A stretch of DNA of 64,000 nucleotides from Octopus vulgaris (lineage: Eukaryota). The notes under the pieces are model-generated. The model made no database searches and was not told where the DNA came from. It was given only the letters and a program-made list of their open reading frames with translations. The DNA is taken from the NCBI GenBank assembly GCA_951406725.2, contig OX597833.1, positions 49,476,001-49,540,000 of the forward strand, in the 5' to 3' direction. This document shows, in pieces, positions 55,149 through 64,000 of this stretch (the first letter of the stretch is position 1; every line of letters begins with the position of its first letter). The position numbers and the translations under genes are program-made.

Positions 55149-55786
55149 CCGAAGAAGCAGAACAACAACAACAACAATATTTTAATGATAATAAATAGAG
55201 GTCATGTCGATAGTGACCATTACTGACGATGTGGATTTCACACGGAGATTGACAATAATGAAGTTAATCCAGTTTTTAATGAGATTATTCAATGAAAGGA
55301 TAATTGCTTGTAATCGTAGACAAAAAAAAAAAAGCGAACAGAAGATTCGTTATTAAATAAGACTTATGTTTTACTTTTGCTCAAATGACAATGTACAAGT
55401 TAGAAAATTCCGGACTTTGACAGAAAAATCTCCCATTAAATTTACTCTTTACGTTTATCTGTTCTTTCTCTTTTTTGTCTTTTTTTTTTTTAGCAGCAGC
55501 CTCATTATTGCAGTTGTCGTCTTTGAAATATGTGGAATTATTCACAGAAACGAGCGATTTTATTTATTTTATTTTTTTTGCCCCTCTTGTCACCTAACTA
55601 ATTTTCTTGGCGTAAAAGATATAAACTGCAAGTTACTCGTGCTCGTTTTATCGACCAGAGAGGGATGAAAAGCTACGAATACTTAGAAGAATGTTAGATC
55701 AGAGCAGTAAGCCATGACATGCGAATAATAATGATGATGATTATGATGATGATGATAAAAAAAAAAAAAATAATAATAATAAAAAA

Positions 55787-55953
55787 GGCGCAGGAGTGGC
55801 TGTGTGGTAAGTAGCTTGCTTATGAACTACATGGTTCCAGGTTCAGTCCCACTGCGTGGCATCTTGGGCAAATGTCTTCTACTATAGCCTCGGGCCAACA
55901 AAAGCCTTGTGAGTGGATTTGGTAGACGGAAACTGAAAGAAGCCTGTCGTATG

Positions 55954-55998
<45 letters not shown>

Positions 55999-56215
55999 TT
56001 GTGTGTCTGTGTTTGTCCCCCTAGCATTGCTTGACAACCGATGCTGGTGTGTTTACGTCCCCGTCAGCTAGCGGTTCGGCAAAAAGAGACCGATAGAATA
56101 AGTACTGGGCTTACAAAGAATAAGTCCCGGGGTCGATTTGCTCGACTAAAGGCGGTGCTCCAGCATGGCCGCAGTCAAATGACTGAAACAAGTAAAAGTA
56201 AAGTAAAGTAAGTAA
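55787..56215 (+). mobile_element. Family A SINE, full length
   Basis: Matches head and tail. Confidence 0.9.
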
Positions 56216-56216
56216 A

Positions 56217-56411
56217 ATCCTTTCTATTAGGGGCACAAGGCCTGAAATTTGGAGGAAGGGGTAATCGATCATATCGACCTCAGTACATAACTGGTACTTA
56301 ATTTATCGATTCCGAAAGGATGAAAGGAATTTGAACTTAGAACGTGAAGACAGTCGAAATGATTGCTAAGCAATTTGCTCGGTGTACCAACGATTCTGCC
56401 AACTTACCACC

Positions 56412-56413
<2 letters not shown>
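56217..56413 (-). mobile_element. Family M SINE
   Basis: Reverse match. Confidence 0.75.
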
Positions 56414-56492
<79 letters not shown>

Positions 56493-56504
56493 TTAATGAT
56501 AATG

Positions 56505-56556
<52 letters not shown>

Positions 56557-56557
56557 T

Positions 56558-56961
56558 ACTCTTTTACTCTTTTACTTGTTTCAGTCATTTGACTCTGGCC
56601 ATGCTGGAGCACCGCCTTTAGTCGAGCAAATCGACCCCGGGACTTATTCTTTGTAAGCCCAGTACTTATTCTATCGGTCTCTTTTTGCCGAACCGCTAAG
56701 TGACGGGGACGTAAACACACCAGCATCGGTTGTCAAGCAATGCTAGGGGGACAAACACAGACACCCAAACACACACACACACATATACATATATACATAT
56801 ATACGATAGGCTTCTTTCAGTTTCCGTCTACCAAATCCACTCACAAGGCATTGGTCGGCCCGGGGCTATAGCAGAAGACACTTGCCTAATATGCCACGCA
56901 GTGGGCCTGAACCCAGAACCATGTGGTTGGTAAGCAAGCTACTTACCACACAGCCACTCCT
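56558..56961 (-). mobile_element. Family A SINE, inverted relative to the 55787 copy
   Basis: Reverse match to head and tail. Confidence 0.9.
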
Positions 56962-57063
56962 GATAATAATGATAATAATAATAATAATAATAATAATAAG
57001 AAGAAGAAGAATGTTGTTTTTGTTGTTGTTGTTGTTGCTGTTGTTCTTCTTCTTGTTCTTCTT

Positions 57064-57094
<31 letters not shown>

Positions 57095-58197
57095 TTATTA
57101 TTATTATTATTATCATTATTATCATTATTATACACACACATATAAATAGTGTGTAGAAAGGCTAATTAAGCGAAGTATGGATATCAGTACACAGATGGAT
57201 GAAAAATTAACCCCAACTCCGTTATCCCAGAGCTAGTCCTCTGCCGTTGAAAGTTATCTGCAAATACGACGCTTGTTAGACTGTTATGGAAGCAGAAAAC
57301 GGTGGAATTTGTGTTTTTATACCTACGACATCATACGCATCTATTACATATATATGTGACTACGGCACGAACCATTGTACGAAGGACTAAGCAATATCTA
57401 TCGCCCATATGTACTTGTTTTATTCCATCCAGCAAGTAACCGTCTTCCGATATTCACATACAATTGTGTCCTGCTTGTTAAAAGGTTTCGGAAATTATTA
57501 AAGGAAGCGAGGATTTATATTACGAAATCATATTGATCAATGGACCTTACTACATCATCTGTCCAATTGCTGTTTTTTCTTTTTTTTTTGGTGGTTGAAA
57601 TATTTCATTTTTTAAGAAGAAACATAAACCGAATCACTTCATACCACCATTGGGCTGCCTTCATATCTGCCCCCTCCCTGTAGATCACAATGCCTTTAAG
57701 ACAGCGAGGAACTGATCTAAGTAATTCTACAACTGTTTCAGTTCCTGGTTCACTTAATTTCATTTTCGCTACAAATATTCATTAGAAAATCACCGAAGTC
57801 TTCGAACTCAATTCCACTTTCCTTATACGTCTAACGAACTTTGCTTGAACAAAAATACTAATAGATGTCACGACTTGCCATTAGAATGTTTCGTAAATTC
57901 ATCGATACGTTAAGTCAACAACTGATATTTCAATCTGTTTTATCACTAATATAGATAACTGATTTTACAAATTTAATACATAATACGATTACTTAAAGTG
58001 TTTTTCTGAAGGATACGTGATATTCATGCATGATACAATAAACTAGCAGTCTAGGAGCTGACATTTGGCTTCCGCCAATAATGTCGTTGACAGCTAAATA
58101 TACCAAAAATAATCAGAATAACAAAGTTGCTGTAGTAAACAGGCACACACACGAAACACAATAACGTACATACATACATAGGTACATACATACATGC

Positions 58198-58233
<36 letters not shown>

Positions 58234-58324
58234 AGAACTTACGAAAAAGCAAAACAAAAAAGGAAGACAGGTGGTGTACAAAACAAACAGATGTATTAGT
58301 ATAACGCTCAGAAATAGAAAAAGA

Positions 58325-58360
58325 CTTTTACGTTTCGAGCCTACGCTCTTCTACAGAAAG
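58325..58360 (-). ncRNA. Minimal type I hammerhead, A6U variant, in a (TA)n-flanked PLE-like fragment (58231-58420)
   Basis: Minus strand CTTT-CTGTAGA-a-GAGC-gtag-GCTC-GAAACGTA-AAAG; palindromic stem III ACGT; GUA site. Confidence 0.6.
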
Positions 58361-58419
58361 GGACACAGAAAAAACAAGGCGAAAAAAATGTGCGTAGTGG
58401 GTAACGATCAATCATGGCG

Positions 58420-58454
<35 letters not shown>

Positions 58455-58496
58455 TGTATGTATGTATGTATGTATGTATGTATGTATGTATGTATG

Positions 58497-58983
58497 TGTT
58501 GGAGCAGTGAGTTATGTAACGCACTGCCTAAATACCAATCTTGAGAAATTAGGCTTCTCAGATCAGATCCAGGAGAAAGTTGATTGGAAGATTAGATCCA
58601 TACCATCACAGGAACTGTGAAAATCTGTAAAACTTTCCAAGAGTTTATCATTTAAATATATATATGAGCATGTCTAGACATGCAAGTATATGCATGAGAT
58701 GACATACATAGAACAAAACATACAAATCTACACGTATACATACATACATACATACATACATACATACATACATAATACATACATACGTATATACGTACGT
58801 ACATACATACGTACATACATACGTACATACATACATACGTACGTACATACATACATACATACATACATAAATACATACATACATACATACATACATACAA
58901 ACATACATACATACATACATACATGTATACATACATACATACGTACATACAAACGTACATACATACGTACATACATACATACA

Positions 58984-59017
<34 letters not shown>

Positions 59018-59063
59018 CGTACGTACATACATACATACATACATACATACATACATACATACA

Positions 59064-59095
<32 letters not shown>

Positions 59096-59203
59096 AAATA
59101 GCTTGTTGTTGATGTTGAAATTCCAACGAAGGTGACTTGGATCTAGGTTAGAAACTGGTTCTTTCTCTATTGGCAAGAAATCTTGAAATAAAACTGGATA
59201 ATG
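58497..59203 (+). mobile_element. 3' end of an RLE-type non-LTR retrotransposon associated with (CATA)n
   Basis: Translation [40 protein letters not shown] resembles the RLE C-terminal GALG.V..L..LG; putative UTR contains and ends in (CATA)n. Confidence 0.55.
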
Positions 59204-59509
59204 ACATACATACATGCATTCATAAATACATACATGCATACATACATACATACATACATACATACATACATTCATAAATACATACATACATACATACTGA
59301 CAGACAGACAGACAGACAAACAAACAAAGAGAAGATATGTATACTAGCAGAAATCAGCTTCCCGGAAGATGTTGATAGAAATAAATAAAAAATGAGCAAA
59401 AAATAAAATACATACGCTGAACTATTCAGAAATCTACAGTTACTCTACCCAGATTACAAGTTCAGGTTTATATTTTATATTTTGTCTATTCTTTTATTGT
59501 TCTATTTTT

Positions 59510-59689
59510 TAATTTGTTTCAGTCATTTGACTGCGGACATGCCGGAGCACTGCATTTAGTCGAACAAATCGCCCCCAGAGCTTATTCTTTGAAAGCCTAC
59601 TACTTATTCTATCGGTTCCTTTTGCCGAACCGCTAAGTTACGGGGACGTAGACATACTAACATGCTGCCAGGACAAACACACACACACC

Positions 59690-59739
<50 letters not shown>

Positions 59740-59897
59740 ACGCACACACATACGACGGGCTTCTTTCAGTTTCCCTCTACCAAATCCATTCACAAGGCTT
59801 TGGTCGGCCCGAGGCTATAGCAGAAGGCATTCTCCCATGCAGTGGGACTGAACCCGGAACCACGTGCTCGTTAAACAAACCACTTACCACATAATCA
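59510..59897 (-). mobile_element. Family A SINE, diverged
   Basis: Reverse match. Confidence 0.85.
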
Positions 59898-59917
59898 CTA
59901 TTATACATTTTATAATC

Positions 59918-60263
59918 TTTTACATATCAAAATAACATCACCACCATCAATAATAATGGTTTCAAATTTTATCACAAGGGCATCCATTTTGGAGGCAGAA
60001 GATAAGTCGATTACATGAACCCCGGTGTTTCACTGATTCACTGGTACTTAATTTATCGACCCCGAAACGATGAAATGTTTAGCGGTATTTCGTCTGCTGC
60101 GCAACGTTCTGAGTTCGAATTCCGTGGTCGATAAATTAAGTACCAGTGACACCCTGGGGTCGATGTGATCGACTTCTCTCCTGCCTCCAGAATGGCTGCC
60201 TTTATGATAAAATTATTATTATTATTATTATTGCTGTTGTTGATGTTATTTTGATATGTAAAA
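59918..60263. repeat. Fold-back inverted duplication of a family M SINE tail plus flank
   Basis: Arms 59918-60061 and 60126-60263 include non-SINE TTTTACATATCAAAATAACATCA and its reverse complement. Confidence 0.8.
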
Positions 60264-60833
60264 TTTTAAAACATACAAGCTTAAACCGTAATACTTAGAC
60301 TATGCTAGAATTTCATTGACTCCTATATATATATATATGTGTGTGTGTGCGTGTGTGTGTGTGTATACATACATATATACATATGACATAAGGTACCATT
60401 GCATATCTGTGTGTGTGTTGTGTGCATGTGCCTCTGTATATGTATCAATGTATGTACAAGTTATAACAGACATGTTGGAATATGTTAAAAGAGAAAAAAA
60501 TCCTATTGATGAATGGTATGATACCCGAACAGATATTAATAAAACATTTCTAAAAGTGATAAAATATTAGACGGAAATCTATTACGTCAACCTTTTGTTG
60601 TGAAAATATATAACAAAAAAATTGCTCCGCTAAGATATATTACCAACCCAATAGATCTTATATGTTAAAAACTCAGAGAATTTGCGAGCTTAACTTTTTA
60701 CAGAAACACTTTAATGCAATTTTTCACCGGGAAGATTTTGAAAATCCGTATAATTTTACTTTAGACACAAAATCACACACACGCACCACACGCAGAGATA
60801 GATATATGTATGAATTCATACATATATGCATGC

Positions 60834-60880
<47 letters not shown>

Positions 60881-61080
60881 CATAAATAATATATATTATA
60901 ACTATAATCTATACATATATGCATACATACATACATACATACATGCATGCATAAATACACGCGATCGTGCACACACATATAAGTGAAATGCATAAAATAC
61001 GTGAGGTTCTTCTTTCTCAGTTCGTGTTACCCCTCTCACATACATACACACATATAATACATACATATACATACATATAG

Positions 61081-61410
61081 ACGTAGGTGTGGCTTTGTGG
61101 TAAGAAGCTTGCTTTCCAACGATATGATTCTGGGTTCAGTCCCACTGCATGGCATCTTGGGCAGATGTCTTATGGCATACCCTCGGGTCGACCAAAGCAC
61201 CTAGCGAGTGGGTGTGGTAGACGGAAACAGCTGAAAACTTCTTGGCTTTAGGTAAAACAAAATACAGGAGGATAAGTTAATTATGATTTTATTCAACATA
61301 TTCCCCTCTCAGATTCACACACTTATTGCACCGGTCCTTCAGTTTTTCTAAGCCCTGTAAAAGATCATTTTGCGTTACCCTTAAAGTCAGGAACTTACCA
61401 GCAAACCCCT
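61081..61410 (+). mobile_element. Family A SINE head (61081-61230) joined to a mariner-derived MITE (61230-61410)
   Basis: GCTGAAAACTTCTTGGCTTTA / TAAAGTCAGGAACTTACCAGC imperfect TIRs. Confidence 0.65.
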
Positions 61411-62270
61411 TTTACGAATGTATATCTCTTTATCTATGTACGATTTTCTATGTACAACAGGGTTTTTCACAGTTTCCTCCTATCAGCTTTGCACACAAGT
61501 CATTAGTAAAAGATATCAAACAGCAGGATTATATACGAATCTCTCTATGTATATATATATATATACATACATACACATACATATTCGTGGTCAGTGAGTT
61601 AATAGTTTATATCAATTTTCAACACAGTACCTGGATAATATTTGACATAAATACAATGCAAATGTTTTTGTGTGCGATGCCTTAACAACAAACGCTAATA
61701 TTTTAATGACTGTCCCTTCCTTAATTTCGGCCATCCATTGACTCTTTCCTATCGAGCGCCTCCCTTCCTCTATGTTTTCTATTCCTTCCTCTCTTCATTG
61801 TAGTTCTTTTCTGAATGATCACATCTCTCCACTTTCCTTTATACCTCTCTTCCACTTACCTTATGCTGAATTTTGTTGCCCCCTCTTCACTCCCCTCCCC
61901 AAGCATGCACCATTTCTTTGGTGATAACCAGAAATGACCCTGGCATAAGTAGCAGTCGTTCAATTTTTTCTCAACGGATCAACGGGGCCGATTGAATAAA
62001 ACTATCAGTAAGGAATCAATAAATACCACTGGAAACAGCTGTAAGGCAAATTTACTAAAATAAAGAAAAATATGCAATGACCATTATTTATACCTTGTCT
62101 TGTATATCACTCTCTTTCAAAACCAGTATAACTGGAGCACAACCATGGATTTACAATATACAATGGTGATGGCCTATAACCTCGGAACCTGCCGCAAGAG
62201 TACGTGGAGATTTTTACTAATCTAAACGAATTTGCTTGTCTGGCGAACTAACAGAGAGCTGTTATATATA

Positions 62271-62712
62271 TAAAGTGTCTCACAAAAGTATGTACACTCC
62301 TAAAAATTTCAGTAAAATTTCCAGTATTCTCATACTATAGAAGGAAATCAAACGAAATTTATACTGACTAAAATATATTATACATTCAAATATTATACAA
62401 ATTTGGAATACAAAACAATAAACATTTTCAAAGATATGAACGAAATATTAATTTTCAAGCGTTATAAAAATATGTATACCCTAAAGGAGATTTGCTATAT
62501 TTAATATTTTGTCCATTTTTTTGCTTTTTTTATTACTAAATTCAGATATTGCTGATAATTTCAATTCTAATAAATTATTTCTTCTGGCATTTTTGCACCG
62601 GTCATTGTTATTTGCATCTGCAGGAATTCTGATTTGTGTACCGTGGTGAAAATCTCCTTCATTGTGATTTAAATGGCGCCAAAAGGAAAAGAATTGTCTA
62701 AAGAAACCCAGT
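62271..62712 (+). mobile_element. Tc1-like transposon 5' fragment
   Basis: TIR-like TAAAGTGTCTCACAAAAGTATGTACAC after TA; ATG at 62673 gives MAPKGKELSKET (Tc1 N-terminal KELS). Confidence 0.5.
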
Positions 62713-62806
62713 TTTCTATATCTGAGGCGATGTATTTTCGCCCGGACTGCGAGTATACGTATTGAAAAGGCTTCAAAGGGTGGAAATGCACCTGACACTC
62801 ACTAGC

Positions 62807-62846
<40 letters not shown>

Positions 62847-63437
62847 AAGAACAAATCCGCCACCCACAATACAGATAGATACAGGTCAGTGAACACATAG
62901 AAAGGTCTACTAGAAACCTTAATCCTAATTTCCTAATTAAAGAGGCAACTTTCATCAATAAATATCTTCCACCACTCAGTGTGTAGACATAACTTAATAC
63001 AGAACACTACCAACCTTTCAATTAATACCACTAAACCCCCATAGATCCCATACACCATTCACATTACAGATTTATATCTACCCTAATTGCACCAAATGCA
63101 GAACTACCTACCTCCCTTACACATTTTCTTTTTACTCAGGGTCTAGTAGACCCGACACCGTCCAGTAATCGGTGCGCATTCAAAGCAGTGATCAATAATT
63201 TTACGAAACCGGTATGCCTTTGAATCTCTTTAACAATTCACAATAATGATTTTTATTATTTTTATTCCTACCTCAATTCATCTAATTGTATATATGTATC
63301 GTTCCTTTTCATAAAAAGCCTTTACTTTTTTGATTTCCAGTGTGCATTTTCGCTTATTTTTCTTCTTACTTTCCCCTTACATTTCCACGAATATTTTCTA
63401 TTTTCTTTTTGTAACATATATATATATATATATATAT

Positions 63438-63841
63438 ACTCTTTTACTTGTTTCAGTCATTTGATTGCGGCCATGCTGGAGCACCACCTTTTAGTCGAGC
63501 AACTCGACCCCGGGACTTATTCTTTTTGTAAGCCCAGTACTTATTCTATTGGTCTCTTTTTGCCGAACCGCTAAGTGACGGGGACGTAAACACACCAGCA
63601 TCAGTTGTCAAGCAATGCTAGGGGAACAAACACAGACACACAAACATATACACACACATACATATATATATACATATATACGACAGGCTTCTTTCAGTTT
63701 CCGTCTACCAAATCCACTCACAAGGCATTGGTCGGCCCGGGGCTATAGCAGAAGACACTCGCCCAAGATGCCACGCAGTGGGATTGAACCCGGAACCATG
63801 TGGTTGGTTAGCAAGCTACTTACCACACAGCCACTCCTGCG

Positions 63842-63843
<2 letters not shown>
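63438..63843 (-). mobile_element. Family A SINE inserted in (TA)n
   Basis: Reverse match to head and tail. Confidence 0.9.
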
Positions 63844-63901
<58 letters not shown>

Positions 63902-64000
63902 TATATGAATATATACATGCACATACACACACATGCACACACTTATATTGCAGTATAACCCTTGAAAGGAACATAAATTGAAAAGACGACGTTTTAATTT

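Noticed and set aside
59112-59165. Hammerhead-like CCAACGA..stem..GAAACTGGTTC
   Set aside because: The core deviates at two positions including G5, and there is no convincing stem I.

Overview
AT-rich, repeat-saturated eukaryotic non-coding DNA (intron or intergenic). The SINE repertoire and microsatellite load look cephalopod, probably Octopus (my recognition, not a database result). I found no credible host exon, rRNA, true tRNA or CRISPR; nearly all listed ORFs are microsatellite or SINE artefacts. The window holds many tRNA-derived SINEs of four types, decayed RTE, R4/Dong-type and Penelope-like (PLE) retroelements, Tc1/mariner, hAT and Merlin-like MITEs, and a 100-N gap at 33645-33744. 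The standout is a near-identical ~491-494 bp tandem array (33745-36210). Each of its four intact units carries a complete type I hammerhead ribozyme with an unusually long stem II, i.e. a retrozyme-like, probably circRNA-producing satellite ending in a (TA)n tract. Elsewhere there are five more hammerhead motifs (canonical cores or G3-C8, U4C and A6U variants), mostly in short PLE-like fragments beside (TA)n and often within inverted duplications. All folds were derived by eye and need computational and experimental confirmation.
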